A stretch of DNA of 45,520 nt. It comes from a virus. Taxonomy: Duplodnaviria; Heunggongvirae; Uroviricota; Caudoviricetes. Positions 28,318 to 38,982 of this stretch are shown here, in pieces; positions within the stretch are counted from its first letter, which is position 1; the number at the start of each line of letters is the position of its first letter. Where the stretch lies: IMG/VR virus record IMGVR_UViG_2579778748_000005; one strand, written 5' to 3'. The notes beneath the pieces are model-generated. The model saw only the letters and a program-made list of their open reading frames with translations, did no database searches and was not told where the DNA came from. Both the position numbers and the translations under genes were made by a program.

Positions 28318-30875
28318 CCACCGCTCCCTGATAACATACCGCCATCACGCAACTGCAGCCGGAGTTCATCCTGTGCCCCCTTGCGGGCCATCTCATACAC
28401 CGCTTTCATCAGCTGCGGCCCTGCCCGCCCGTTGGGGCCGTCGTTCTGAATCACCACGTGATTGTTCTGATTAAAATTAATGCCTTCCGCCCGCCGCATC
28501 TGCGCCGGACTTCCGGCACCGCCGACATAACCACCTTCCGCATAGCCCCGCATCAGGCGGTACAGATTGCCGACACCAATCCGGCTGGTCGCCTCCTTCG
28601 TGAAGACAAACTCCCCGCGATGAACAATCCCCGCAGGTTCATATTTACCCCCCGTCCCCGTAAATCCCCCGGTCGCGAAATGGAAGTTCGCCGCCGCAGC
28701 CTGAATGGCCGTCCCCGTGGAGGCAGACGCACCACCACCGAAAGCACCGCCAATGGCGCTGCCGATACTCCCGACTATCCCCACCATCGCCTGCTTCAGA
28801 AAAATCTCTGTCAGCATGGACAGCACAGAACGGGTGAAACCACGCCAGTTCTGTTCGCTGCCGGTCAGCATCGCTGCCATATTCTGTGCAATACCGTCAA
28901 AGGTCTGCGTGGCAGCACTTTTTACCTGCGACATACTGTCCGTGGCACTCTCTTCCCACTCACTCCAGCCGGACCTGAGGCCTGCCATCCAGTTCCCGCG
29001 AAGCAGGTCTTCAGCCGCCCAGGTCTTTTTCTGCTCTGACATGACGTTATTCAGCGCCAGCGGATTATCGCCATACTGTTCCTTCAGGCGCTGTTCCGTG
29101 GCTTCCCGTTCTGCCTGCCGGTCAGTCAGCCCCCGGCTTTTCGCATCAATGGCGGCCCGTTTTGCCCGTTGCTGCTGTGCGAATTTATCCGCCTGCTGCG
29201 CCAGCGCGTTCAGGCGCTCCTGATACGTAACCTTGTCGCCAAGTGCAGCCAGCTGGCGTTTGTACTCCAGCGTCTCATCTTTATGCGCCAGCAGGGATTT
29301 CTCCTGTGCAGACAGCTGGCGACGTTGCGCCGCCTCCTCCAGTACCGCGAACTGACTCTCCGCCTTCCACAAATCCCGGCGCTGCTGGCTGATTTTCTCA
29401 TTCGCTCCGGCATGCTTCTCCAGCGTCCGGAGTTCTGCCTGAAGCGTCAGCAGGGCAGCATGAGCACTGTCTTCCTGACGATCGCCCGCAGACACCTTCA
29501 CGCCGGACTGTTTCGGCTTTTTCAGCGTCGCTTCATAATCCTTTTTCGCCGCCGCCATCAGCGTGTTGTAATCCGCCTGCAGGATTTTCCCGTCTTTCAG
29601 TGCCTTGTTCAGTTCTTCCTGACGGGCGGTATATTTCTCCAGCGGCGTCTGCAGCCGTTCGTAAGCCCTCTGCGCCTCTTCGGTATATTTCAGCCGTGAC
29701 GCTTCGGTATCGCTCTGCTGCTGCGCATTTTTGTCCTGTTGAGTCTGCTGCTCAGCCTTCTTTCGGGCGGCTTCAAGCGCAAGACGGGCCTTTTCACGAT
29801 CATCCCAGTAACGCGCCCGCGCTTCATCGTTAACAAAATAATCATCCTTGCGCAGATTCCAGATGTCGTCTGCTTTCTTAAACGCAGCCTCTGCCTTAAT
29901 CAGCATCTCCTGCGCGGTATCAGGACGACCAATATCCAGCACCGCATCCCACATGGATTTGAATGCCCGCGCTGTCCTGTCTGCCCAGGTCTCCAGCGTG
30001 CCCATGTTCTCTTTCAGGCGGCGGGTCTGGTCATCAAACCCTTTCGTTGCGGCCTCGTTCGCAGCCTGCAATGCCCCGGTTTCATCGCCGGAACGCTGCA
30101 ACTGAGCAACATACGCAATCTGCTCCGCCGTCACGTTATGGAACTGCTTCGCCATCGCAATCAGCCCCGACGTCGGGTCAGTGGTCAGTTTTCCGAAAGC
30201 CTCTGCAACCTTGTCCACCTCCACACCGGATGCAGAAGCAAAACGCGCGACACTCTGGTTGATGGCATCAAACTGTTCACCACCACGCACACCGGCATTC
30301 ACCATGGCTGCCAGTGACTCACTCGCCTGGTTAAACGTCAGCCCTGCGGCCTGTCCGGCTCTGGAGAGCGTCAGCATGCGATCGGCAGTCAGTCCGGACT
30401 GATTACCGGAAAGAACCAGGGTTTTATTAAACGCTGAAAGCGTGGAATCTCCCTGGTACCAGGCGTACACCAGCGCACCTGTCGCCACCGCCAGCGAGGT
30501 GACCCCGACCATCGGCAGGGTGATCGCACCGGCAAGCCCCCTGAACATGGGGATCATCCCGCCGAAGGAGTCCTTCACCTGACCGCCCTGTTGCAGCAGG
30601 ATCAGCCAGGGATTCTGACCACCGGCAAGCTGCGTGGCGATATCCGTAAACTGTGCGGGCAGGGTTCGCATGGCCGCTTTATACTGCCCGACGGAAATCC
30701 CTGCTTTTTGTGCAGCCAGCGCCTGGCGGCTCAGGCCCTGTTCAACAGCACTGGCGGTTTTTCTGGCGTCGGTATCCAGACCTGAAAAATGACGCCTTAC
30801 CCGGCTCATCTGCTCATCGAAACGGACAGCATCCAGACTAAGGTCAATAACAAGATCACCAACCGGCTGGGACAT
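28314..30875 (-). CDS. H: Tail tape measure protein H, 853 aa
   Basis: Coiled-coil-rich, same length as lambda H, correct position. Confidence 0.95.
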   Translation of the reverse strand: MSQPVGDLVIDLSLDAVRFDEQMSRVRRHFSGLDTDARKTASAVEQGLSRQALAAQKAGISVGQYKAAMRTLPAQFTDIATQLAGGQNPWLILLQQGGQVKDSFGGMIPMFRGLAGAITLPMVGVTSLAVATGALVYAWYQGDSTLSAFNKTLVLSGNQSGLTADRMLTLSRAGQAAGLTFNQASESLAAMVNAGVRGGEQFDAINQSVARFASASGVEVDKVAEAFGKLTTDPTSGLIAMAKQFHNVTAEQIAYVAQLQRSGDETGALQAANEAATKGFDDQTRRLKENMGTLETWADRTARAFKSMWDAVLDIGRPDTAQEMLIKAEAAFKKADDIWNLRKDDYFVNDEARARYWDDREKARLALEAARKKAEQQTQQDKNAQQQSDTEASRLKYTEEAQRAYERLQTPLEKYTARQEELNKALKDGKILQADYNTLMAAAKKDYEATLKKPKQSGVKVSAGDRQEDSAHAALLTLQAELRTLEKHAGANEKISQQRRDLWKAESQFAVLEEAAQRRQLSAQEKSLLAHKDETLEYKRQLAALGDKVTYQERLNALAQQADKFAQQQRAKRAAIDAKSRGLTDRQAEREATEQRLKEQYGDNPLALNNVMSEQKKTWAAEDLLRGNWMAGLRSGWSEWEESATDSMSQVKSAATQTFDGIAQNMAAMLTGSEQNWRGFTRSVLSMLTEIFLKQAMVGIVGSIGSAIGGAFGGGASASTGTAIQAAAANFHFATGGFTGTGGKYEPAGIVHRGEFVFTKEATSRIGVGNLYRLMRGYAEGGYVGGAGSPAQMRRAEGINFNQNNHVVIQNDGPNGRAGPQLMKAVYEMARKGAQDELRLQLRDGGMLSGSGG

Positions 30876-31320
30876 ATCTCACACCTCCCGGAATCCCCGC
30901 TGAAGCCATCATTAATGCGGCATCATCCACCATGACATCCGCCACATCCGCAGACGATAAAATATCGCGCCCTCCGTCCCCACCGAACCGGACGCCTCCG
31001 GCAAGTCCTGCCGCTTTCTGCATCAGCATTTTGTCCTCATCCGGCCTCTCCACCTGTTCTTCCTCATGCCGGGGGACAAGCAGACTGAAATCAGAGGGAT
31101 GCATATCCGGATCGCAAAAAAACAGGCTGAGTACAGCGTACGTCAGCCCGGAAAAATGCATATCCAGCTGGGTATCCTGAAAATAATGCGTGCGGTAAAA
31201 ACGGTGCCAGTCGGCATATTCGGTGGATGTCATCCCGGCAAGCATGGCGCGCCAGTCGGGTCTCCCCATCTCACGCGCCAGTCTGAGGGCAAAGTTCAGC
31301 TCGCCGTCGAAGACTTTCCC
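30856..31320 (-). CDS. T: Tail assembly chaperone T frame, expressed as a G-T fusion by -1 frameshift at GGGAAAG (31314..31320)
   Basis: Slippery heptamer GGGAAAG seen just before the G stop, as in lambda G/T. Confidence 0.8.
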   Translation of the reverse strand, partial: GKVFDGELNFALRLAREMGRPDWRAMLAGMTSTEYADWHRFYRTHYFQDTQLDMHFSGLTYAVLSLFFCDPDMHPSDFSLLVPRHEEEQVERPDEDKMLMQKAAGLAGGVRFGGDGGRDILSSADVADVMVDDAALMMASAGIPGGVRYVPAGW

Positions 31321-31727
31321 GCAGAAAAATCATCATCAGTCAGCGTGTTATTTTTCGCCACTTCAGTAATATCAGTATCCGGACGAACAGCTTCGATCAT
31401 CCCGGACAGGCACAACACCACGTCTTCCGCCCGGGCAATGGCATCGGCAGGCCAGGTGGTGAGCACTTCCTGCTCTATCTTCATCACGGCCTCATTCATT
31501 GACGGTGACTGCGTTTTCTGTGGATGGTTATGCCACAGGGACATCGCCACCAGAAACGCGCCGGTTCTGACAAGATCTTCCACACTCACCTGCAGGTTGC
31601 CGCTGGCTTCAGCCTCTTCTGCCCGCCGTTTCAGGAGGGCAAGATGCTCAATACGCTGCAGCGCAGACAGCTCAGAAAGCGTGACGGATACACCGTTATA
31701 TTCAAATTGTTCTGTTTTCAGGAACAT
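31296..31727 (-). CDS. G: Tail assembly chaperone G, 143 aa
   Basis: Lambda order; ends at the slippery site. Confidence 0.88.
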   Translation of the reverse strand: MFLKTEQFEYNGVSVTLSELSALQRIEHLALLKRRAEEAEASGNLQVSVEDLVRTGAFLVAMSLWHNHPQKTQSPSMNEAVMKIEQEVLTTWPADAIARAEDVVLCLSGMIEAVRPDTDITEVAKNNTLTDDDFSAGKSSTAS

Positions 31728-31745
31728 CGCTTATCTCTCAGCTCT

Positions 31746-32492
31746 TTAGCCACCCGGCACATTATTAACGGTAATTTCAGCCACCGCAGCAAACTGACCA
31801 TTACCGGAAATCACAGGGATGCTGACTTTTCCATCCTTAACCCCCGTCACAGTAATCGTCATATCTTTCACGCTAATGGTGGCTTTTGATGGATCGGCGG
31901 AAATCGCCCTGAATGTCTTATCCGTTGCATTTTCCGGTTCCACAGTAACGGTCAGGGTGGTTGTTTTCCCTTTTTCAACCGTACCTGTCGGCGTTACCTT
32001 AATCGCAGTGACCGGCGTAATTTTGCTGCGTTCTTCCGCTACAGAAGGTTTACCCACGTTAGTGACTTTCACCGTGCGGGTGATCACTTCTTTCGCCGTC
32101 ACGGCCTTACCGATACTGCTGACCCAGCCACGAAACACATCCACCGTGCCATTCGGAAAACGGATTTTATAGGCCCGGACATCGCCGCTTTCAAACCAGC
32201 CTATAAGCCCTTTCTGACCTTCCTCTCCCGGTTTCCAGGCCAGCGTAAAACTGGTATCACCTGCAGATTTCTGCCCCTGCCCGGTCGCGGTCCAGTCCGC
32301 GTCTTCATCATCCAGGTAGTTATCATCGTAGGGTTCAGCCGTCATCTCGCCCGGCGTCAGATCCTTCACCTTAGCCAGTCGCTGCCAGCCATCGTCTGAC
32401 AACGGGTTTGCATAAGCATCAGCCTTGCCGTTGTAAACCCACAGAGTGGTACCGGCACCTTTTACCGGCTCAAGGGGATTTGGTGTTGCCAT
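31746..32492 (-). CDS. V: Major tail protein V, 248 aa
   Basis: Lambda order and size; C-terminal Ig-like region. Confidence 0.92.
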   Translation of the reverse strand: MATPNPLEPVKGAGTTLWVYNGKADAYANPLSDDGWQRLAKVKDLTPGEMTAEPYDDNYLDDEDADWTATGQGQKSAGDTSFTLAWKPGEEGQKGLIGWFESGDVRAYKIRFPNGTVDVFRGWVSSIGKAVTAKEVITRTVKVTNVGKPSVAEERSKITPVTAIKVTPTGTVEKGKTTTLTVTVEPENATDKTFRAISADPSKATISVKDMTITVTGVKDGKVSIPVISGNGQFAAVAEITVNNVPGG

Positions 32493-32499
32493 ATCGTCC

Positions 32500-32895
32500 T
32501 CACATCTCGTATGTAATGGAATAAGTCAGATCTGCAGAACTCCATAACGCCATATCGTCATCACGACGATACTCATAGCCCTGCGTAACCATCGTGGTAA
32601 TCAGTCCTGCCAGTGCCGGGATCGCGGTCATCGCCGGGTAAATCCGGCTTTCCATCCACTGATCAAGCTCTGAATCCGGTACCTGTGCCGGTAAAAACAC
32701 CTCAATATGCAGCGTGGCCCGCCAGGTATCTGCATCCAGCTCTTCACCGGTATACTCTGCATCCGTCAGATAAACCGCGATCGCAGGAAAATCCTCTTCG
32801 TCAAAAACAACGGGGCGACCATCAAACAGCGTCGCCCCGTGTTCATGCTGCTCGAGTGCATCCAGCACTGCGGCACGAATGTCAGTGTGTTTCAT
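32500..32895 (-). CDS. U: Tail terminator protein U, 131 aa
   Basis: Lambda order and size. Confidence 0.9.
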   Translation of the reverse strand: MKHTDIRAAVLDALEQHEHGATLFDGRPVVFDEEDFPAIAVYLTDAEYTGEELDADTWRATLHIEVFLPAQVPDSELDQWMESRIYPAMTAIPALAGLITTMVTQGYEYRRDDDMALWSSADLTYSITYEM

Positions 32896-33425
32896 CGTTT
32901 TATCGCAATCCTCAGTTGTTGTTTCAGCGCGGATGCCAGTTCTCCGGGCAGGCGTTCACACCGGATACGGTCAACATTCTCATCAAACGCCTGTTTCAGT
33001 GGGGCCGCCATCGGGATTTTCACCACATCAATAGGGTAACGGTTTTTCCCGGCCACACGCTGCATGACATGCCAGCGACCGTTTTTTAATCGCTGAATGA
33101 ATGCCCGCTGATACCGATGCTGACCGGCTTTAAGTATGCTGTTCGGACGACGGCCCAGCATCCTGATCCCCAGCTTAATCACTGGAAGATCACCGCGGTT
33201 AACGATAATTTTTGCGTTCGGATTTCTGACCGTCGCCCGTTTCAGTCTGGACCGTTCCTTTACCAGTTTCCGGCGTACCTTTGTCTCCCGGGCAACCTGT
33301 GATGAAGACTGATTAATCGCCGTTGTGGCCACGCGGTTAATCGTCATTGCTGAAGCCGCCGGAATGGCGTTTTTACGAACCCGGCTCAGATTATCAATCG
33401 CCTGATCAAGCCCTTTTATCGCCAT
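32892..33425 (-). CDS. Z: Tail completion protein Z, 177 aa
   Basis: Lambda order and size. Confidence 0.88.
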   Translation of the reverse strand: MAIKGLDQAIDNLSRVRKNAIPAASAMTINRVATTAINQSSSQVARETKVRRKLVKERSRLKRATVRNPNAKIIVNRGDLPVIKLGIRMLGRRPNSILKAGQHRYQRAFIQRLKNGRWHVMQRVAGKNRYPIDVVKIPMAAPLKQAFDENVDRIRCERLPGELASALKQQLRIAIKR

Positions 33426-33440
33426 AATTTCACCCTGCGT

Positions 33441-33794
33441 TTATCGTCGCCGGTTAACAGCGGGTGGTTGCCCACGGTTGAGCCAGAGATAACAGCTGCC
33501 CCCGTCATCCGGAGAAACACGATCCACCCAGAACATCTCGCCGTTAATGGTCAGCGTGTCACCACGCCGCACGGCACGCACCGTATCCGTCCGCACAAAT
33601 AATGACGGGCTGCTTCCTTCAATACGGACCCCGCCACCGGCAAAACCCAGCGACTCCGGATCGTCAAAAACCCCCTGAACTTCGCTTCCACGCTGTGCTC
33701 CCGAGGTGAACTGCGCACAGAGCCCCATCACTTCAACAATCGTGCTGTCCACCCCGGCAAGGGCAGCATCAAAGGCATTCTGAAAATCACGCAT
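33441..33794 (-). CDS. FII: Head-tail joining protein FII, 117 aa
   Basis: Lambda order and size. Confidence 0.88.
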   Translation of the reverse strand: MRDFQNAFDAALAGVDSTIVEVMGLCAQFTSGAQRGSEVQGVFDDPESLGFAGGGVRIEGSSPSLFVRTDTVRAVRRGDTLTINGEMFWVDRVSPDDGGSCYLWLNRGQPPAVNRRR

Positions 33795-34170
33795 GCTCAG
33801 CCGTTCCGTGCTGTATCATGGCTGTCGCCAGTGGTGATGGCACCATAACACGCATGCCCCGGTACGTCAGTTCAACGGGACGGCCTGTCTCCGGGCAATA
33901 CCCCATCACATGCAGGCATTTCCGCACACGGACCGCTTTAACATCATCCGTAGCATCAGTGTTGTGCAACTGCTCACCATCGTCTGTGTGATTTTGATCA
34001 GCCCCGCTCTCATCAGAGTGCATAATGCCCTCCGGGGAAACAGCAAGCTCCTCTTCCCACTCAGACACACGTTGAGCAATATCCGCAGCACTCCCCGACA
34101 TATCCGCCTCGCGCCCCAGCAGGCCAGCCAGTTGACGAAGACGATTCAGATTTTCTTCTTTTGTTGCCAT
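33787..34170 (-). CDS. FI: DNA packaging protein FI, about 127 aa (start ATG 34170 with AGGAGG SD)
   Basis: Lambda order; the track ORF has a 16-codon upstream extension without SD. Confidence 0.8.
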   Translation of the reverse strand: MATKEENLNRLRQLAGLLGREADMSGSAADIAQRVSEWEEELAVSPEGIMHSDESGADQNHTDDGEQLHNTDATDDVKAVRVRKCLHVMGYCPETGRPVELTYRGMRVMVPSPLATAMIQHGTAEHA

Positions 34171-34221
34171 CTCAGCCTCCTGTGAAAAAAGACACGGGGG
34201 CATTTCGCCCCCGCTCACGGA

Positions 34222-35250
34222 TTATTTCACCTGTACCACCACAAACTCATCCGGATCCGGCAGCACCATCAGCGGTGCGGACTGCGTCATGGTGAATTCA
34301 CGGGCCGGATCGCCCACAGTCAGCCAGTGTTTCGGATAACGGGAAGAGGCCACCACACCTTCGGACAACGCCTGCGCATCCTGAATGGCACCATAGCAAC
34401 GAATGCCCTCTGCTGCCGTATTCCCCAGGACCAGTGTGCCCTCCGGCAGATAACGTTTTTCGGTACCGTCCTCTGCCACATAAGACGTTTTCGCCACCAC
34501 AATGGCCAGATCGCCGTAATACCCCTTGAAGGACACCACCGCCCCCAGGTCTTTCACTGCCGTTTCGAGTTGTGAATTTGAGCCGCGACGGGTATCCAGT
34601 TTTTCGCGGAACAGCTTAAAGCCATTCAGCAGACGCCAGACCGTACCGTCCATAATGGCGATATTCACAAGGCCGCTGGCCTGATCGCAGTAGAGGTCAA
34701 TATCATGCGTCGGATCAAACGTATCACGGTCCTGCTCAGACCATTTTTTACCGTCAGCCTGCTCAATGTTATTTCCTTCAGAGCGCCCGAAATCCACCTC
34801 GACAGTATCAAACTGATCCCCTTCCATGGTGTATTTGCCATACAGCACGGCATTCACCGCCTGCATTTCTTCCACCTGGACAATGGCGTGCTCTTCCTGT
34901 TTGAGGTTATCGGTAATGATACGCAGACGACGGTAGGCCGGGTCGTTCAGCTGAGCCGGATCTTCACCAGGAAGGAGCTCAACCGCCTGCTGGTAATTAA
35001 ATTCGTGTTTGGGCTTGACGTAGCCCGGACGTAACACGCGGGTTTCACCACCGCGATGGCGAAGCACTTTTCCTTCAACGATCGGGGAGACATAGGCCGC
35101 CACCGGCGTTTTTCCGGTAATTTTGTCCAGCATCACCTCTTCGGTGTGGAAATTCACCGTGCGGCGGAAAAACAGCTCCAGAAACAGCGCACGGAATTTA
35201 ACTTTTTGTTCGGTATAACCGAGTAACTGGCGGGTCGTAAACAATCCCAT
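34222..35250 (-). CDS. E: Major capsid protein E, 342 aa
   Basis: Near-colinear with recalled lambda gpE (PGYVKPKHE, DPAQLNDPAYRR, LDTRRGSNS..ETAVKDLG). Confidence 0.95.
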   Translation of the reverse strand: MGLFTTRQLLGYTEQKVKFRALFLELFFRRTVNFHTEEVMLDKITGKTPVAAYVSPIVEGKVLRHRGGETRVLRPGYVKPKHEFNYQQAVELLPGEDPAQLNDPAYRRLRIITDNLKQEEHAIVQVEEMQAVNAVLYGKYTMEGDQFDTVEVDFGRSEGNNIEQADGKKWSEQDRDTFDPTHDIDLYCDQASGLVNIAIMDGTVWRLLNGFKLFREKLDTRRGSNSQLETAVKDLGAVVSFKGYYGDLAIVVAKTSYVAEDGTEKRYLPEGTLVLGNTAAEGIRCYGAIQDAQALSEGVVASSRYPKHWLTVGDPAREFTMTQSAPLMVLPDPDEFVVVQVK

Positions 35251-35307
35251 AAATCAGTTCCTTTCATTAAGAAATCAGTCAGGCCAACGCGGTGGCCTGA
35301 TAACGTG

Positions 35308-35655
35308 TTACGGCAGCGCCGCGTGACTCAGGGCACTGCCGGTAAAGGCGTTGGCCTTTTTGTGTTCATCCACACTTTCAGGCCAGCGGATTGCCTCCGT
35401 CGCAAAGGTCCCCGACTTGTAATACGTCAGCACCGCCTCTGTGCCTTCAAGCGGCAGTACCAGTATGCCAACCGCACTACCGGCTTTCTGTCCGTCCCAG
35501 ACCACCAGTTTCCCGGTGGCCCCATCCAGCATCAGGGGTGTCAGTGCCGGTGTTGCCGAGGAAATCCCGCTGCTGCCTGTGGCGGTGTGAGCCGGATCAT
35601 TACCGGCAAAAATACGTACTTCCGCACGCTGTTCAGTGATGGTTTTCGTCACCAT
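35308..35655 (-). CDS. D: Head decoration protein D, 115 aa
   Basis: AGNDPAHTATG...PALTPLMLD...KSGTF matches recalled lambda gpD. Confidence 0.92.
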   Translation of the reverse strand: MVTKTITEQRAEVRIFAGNDPAHTATGSSGISSATPALTPLMLDGATGKLVVWDGQKAGSAVGILVLPLEGTEAVLTYYKSGTFATEAIRWPESVDEHKKANAFTGSALSHAALP

Positions 35656-35691
35656 ATTGTTAAAACCTCGTATTGATGTTCAGCACTGACT

Positions 35692-37197
35692 TCATGGCAT
35701 GGCCATGAGCATTTTCACGTCCGCATCACCGTCTTCTGACGCCTGTGACACGCCCCCCTGGACCGCAGCCGGTGAATGGTTCGCCATGAAATGTTCAAAC
35801 AGGGCGGTTGTGGATGCAGAGACCGGTTCTGCCTTACCTGATCCCGCAGCCAGCACAGCCCGGGCGCTCTCCACAGTCATTCCCGGGCAGGCAGCCAGCT
35901 GTTCAGCCTGCGCCTCAGCCCCTTTTGCCTCATCCAGTGCCATGATCTGATCACGAAGTGAGGGCCCGGCATTCGCCTGCGGTGAAGCAGCCAGGATCGG
36001 GCGGGCTTTTTCCACCGTCATCTCCGGCATCGCCGCCAGCGTTGCTGCCAGTTGTTCACGACCGTTCGCTTCTTCACACGCCATAATGCGATCGGCTTCA
36101 CTCTGTGCGGATGCCACCGGCTGCTGCGGTGCCGCCGCGGCCAGAATCGCCCGGGCCTGTTCAACGCTCATGCCCTGTTGCCCTGCCAGCATCGTGGCAA
36201 GCTGTTCACGTCCTTTCGCTTCCTGGCATGTCAGGATCCCCATCACTCGCTGGTTCTCCTGCACGGCGGCTTCCGTTGCAGTTAATTGCGGCATAGTGCC
36301 TCCTCTGACATTACTGTTCAGCGCCGTGGCCATCACACTGATGGCATCCGACGCATTGATTAATTCATCCGCCAGCCCGGCCTCAATGCCGGACTGACCT
36401 TCAAAAACGGCAGCCTCTGTTCCCGTGACGGCATCAACAGACAGACCGGTATACATCGCCACTTTTTCGGCAAACATCCGGCGCGCCGCATCAATCCGCT
36501 GCTGCATGTCCTGGCGAACCTCTGCCGGCAACGCTTCAAACTGATTGCCATCCACCTTGTGCGCCCCGGCATAAATCAGCGTGATATCCACACCGGCCTG
36601 CGCCAGATGACCGGCATAGCTGACATGGCTCATCATCACGCCAATGGAGCCGATACGGGATGTCTGGGTAACCAGCCGTCGGGAGCAGGCCGACGCCAGC
36701 AGCATGGCTGCAGAACAGGCCGTGTCATTACACAGTGCCCAGACCGGCTTCTGCTGCCGGAGGCGGTAAATCATGTCAGCGCAGTCAAACGCGCCGGCGG
36801 CCTGCCCGCCCGGACTGTCAATGTCCAGCAGTATGCCCCGCACCTGGCTATCTGCCATTGCCTGCTGAAGACAGGCGACAATGCCGTCATAGCCAGTCAT
36901 TCCGGAAAATGGCCGCATCCCCCCCAGCCGGTGCACCAGCGTGCCGGTCACCGGCAGTACCGCAATACCGTTCACCACCCGGTAAACACGGGCCGGTCGT
37001 TTACCTCCGGCCATGTACTCGTCCGTTTCAGCCAGCATTCCGGGTGCATCAAGCTGTACCTGCTGTTGTGGTACCGAAAGACTTGCTGCCCCCATCTCGC
37101 GCCCGAGCGCGCAAAAGAAAACCCGCGCATAGGCGGGCTCCAGAAGCAGCGGTTCATTGAATGCTGCTGCAATAATGTGTGAAAGATTACGTCTCAC
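35692..37197 (-). CDS. C: Head protease/minor capsid protein C with in-frame Nu3 scaffold region, 501 aa
   Basis: S49/ClpP-like N-terminal two-thirds; Ala-rich scaffold-like C-terminus. Confidence 0.9.
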   Translation of the reverse strand: MRRNLSHIIAAAFNEPLLLEPAYARVFFCALGREMGAASLSVPQQQVQLDAPGMLAETDEYMAGGKRPARVYRVVNGIAVLPVTGTLVHRLGGMRPFSGMTGYDGIVACLQQAMADSQVRGILLDIDSPGGQAAGAFDCADMIYRLRQQKPVWALCNDTACSAAMLLASACSRRLVTQTSRIGSIGVMMSHVSYAGHLAQAGVDITLIYAGAHKVDGNQFEALPAEVRQDMQQRIDAARRMFAEKVAMYTGLSVDAVTGTEAAVFEGQSGIEAGLADELINASDAISVMATALNSNVRGGTMPQLTATEAAVQENQRVMGILTCQEAKGREQLATMLAGQQGMSVEQARAILAAAAPQQPVASAQSEADRIMACEEANGREQLAATLAAMPEMTVEKARPILAASPQANAGPSLRDQIMALDEAKGAEAQAEQLAACPGMTVESARAVLAAGSGKAEPVSASTTALFEHFMANHSPAAVQGGVSQASEDGDADVKMLMAMP

Positions 37198-38779
37198 GTG
37201 GTGTTGTCTCCTCTTCCGGCCTGCGACTCTCCGCTATCTGCTGCTGATACGCCTGCGCTATCCACACCGGACGTGAGAGTCCGGCTTTTTCCCGCTCTGC
37301 AGATTCCCTGACCTGCTGGCGGAAAATGTCCTGATAATCCTCGCCCATCAGCGCCAGCTCTTTCTCATACGTGCTCAGTCCGGCCTCAATGCGCATCACT
37401 GATTCCTGAACCTCCTTGAGCCCGTCAATGGCCATTCTTCCGGCTCCAATCCACTCAGCCCGTGACCAGGCTGATCGCGCCTGATAAAAATCAAAACGTG
37501 CCCGTGGCGGACGAATAATCCCCCGAAGAAGTGCCTCTTCCAGCCAGCAGGAAAACATCTGCGTGGCCAGCCGGGACGCAATAAATTTTCGCCGCCCCAT
37601 AAAATAGCGCCACGACTCATTGGCGGAGGCGCGGGCACTTGAGTAACTGACCTTCGAGTAATCACGGGACAACTGTTCGTAGGAAACGCCAAGACCGGCG
37701 GCGATATACCGCAGCAGCGCCTGTTCAAGCGCAGAAAATCCATTGTCTGAATCCTGCGCTGTCTGTAGTTTCAGATCATCACCAGGGAAAAGGTGCGGAA
37801 TTTTGACACCGCCCAGTGTCACGTTATTCGTGTCATACCAGCTGGAGAACTTCTCCAGAATATTAATAAGCGGATTATCCTTCTGCTCCTGTGGCGCGCC
37901 GGCGATATATTCAAAGGCCTTTTCGGTATCAAGTTCACTTTCAATCGTCGCTGCATACATCGCCTTCACTATGGCCGACTGAAGCTGTGTTGCCTGCAGG
38001 GAATCGAGCATCTTCAGCCGTTCCATGACGCTGTAAAACTGATTAGCCCCACGGGTCTGCCCGTCCTCCACCGGCTCGAAAATATGCAGCATGGCCGGAC
38101 GCCCGGTGGGAAGTTCACGCGGGATCCGTTCCCATCGTCCACTACCAGAGAACGGAAAATCATCCTCACAGATATGGTACGCAACGGCACGACCATATCG
38201 ATCGACCTCCACACCGGCCCGCAGAAAACGGTTCCCCATACCGTGTCCTGGCGTGTCCACCCGTTTCGGACTCACGGCTTTAAAACGCGTACGGAATAAC
38301 TGCGTGGTTTCCGTATCCCAGACCGGCTGCACAAAGATTTCGCCGTTAAACGCATGAACGCCCACACCTTCACGGATAAATTCCGTAAACGTGCGTTTCC
38401 CTTCCACGTCGATCTCGCCAAACATCCCTTCGGCGTATTCCGACCAGGCCGCCTCCACCTCATCGACAAAACTTTTTGCCGCAGTCTCCCGCATCCCCAG
38501 CCAGCGCCAGTTCGGACGGTAGCTGATCAGAAACATATGCCCGACAATATGATCCTTATGCAGGGCCACCGCATTAGCCGCTATCCCGTTATTGCGCACC
38601 AGATCATCTGCCCGGGCATTCCCCAGACGCAACGCAGGCAGCAGGGCTGCATCGGCACTCTGCGCTGGTGGCAACCACTCCGCCATTTGCCCGCCAAATC
38701 CTGCGCCGCCCCCGTTGTAGCTGAGACTCTCACGAAGCGGAACGCCGTTCACATCAATCAGGACAGGCGTTCGTTTCAT
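37187..38779 (-). CDS. B: Portal protein B, 530 aa
   Basis: Lambda order and size. Confidence 0.95.
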   Translation of the reverse strand: MKRTPVLIDVNGVPLRESLSYNGGGAGFGGQMAEWLPPAQSADAALLPALRLGNARADDLVRNNGIAANAVALHKDHIVGHMFLISYRPNWRWLGMRETAAKSFVDEVEAAWSEYAEGMFGEIDVEGKRTFTEFIREGVGVHAFNGEIFVQPVWDTETTQLFRTRFKAVSPKRVDTPGHGMGNRFLRAGVEVDRYGRAVAYHICEDDFPFSGSGRWERIPRELPTGRPAMLHIFEPVEDGQTRGANQFYSVMERLKMLDSLQATQLQSAIVKAMYAATIESELDTEKAFEYIAGAPQEQKDNPLINILEKFSSWYDTNNVTLGGVKIPHLFPGDDLKLQTAQDSDNGFSALEQALLRYIAAGLGVSYEQLSRDYSKVSYSSARASANESWRYFMGRRKFIASRLATQMFSCWLEEALLRGIIRPPRARFDFYQARSAWSRAEWIGAGRMAIDGLKEVQESVMRIEAGLSTYEKELALMGEDYQDIFRQQVRESAEREKAGLSRPVWIAQAYQQQIAESRRPEEETTPRET

Positions 38780-38982
38780 AACCTCACTCCCAGCGGACGA
38801 CGGCGACGGCGGGTTGTCCCCAGTACCAACTCCGCATCATTGATCGCCCGGTTAAGCTCATCCAGAGAGGCCGCCGTATATTCAATTCTTCGTCCATCTT
38901 TCTGGACAGACACCACCCGTTTACCGGTTAATAAATCAAGGCGCGCCTGACGCAGCGCCTGCAGTTCAGCGACTGTAACCAT
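38776..38982 (-). CDS. W: Head-tail joining protein W, 68 aa
   Basis: Lambda order and size. Confidence 0.85.
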   Translation of the reverse strand: MVTVAELQALRQARLDLLTGKRVVSVQKDGRRIEYTAASLDELNRAINDAELVLGTTRRRRRPLGVRL

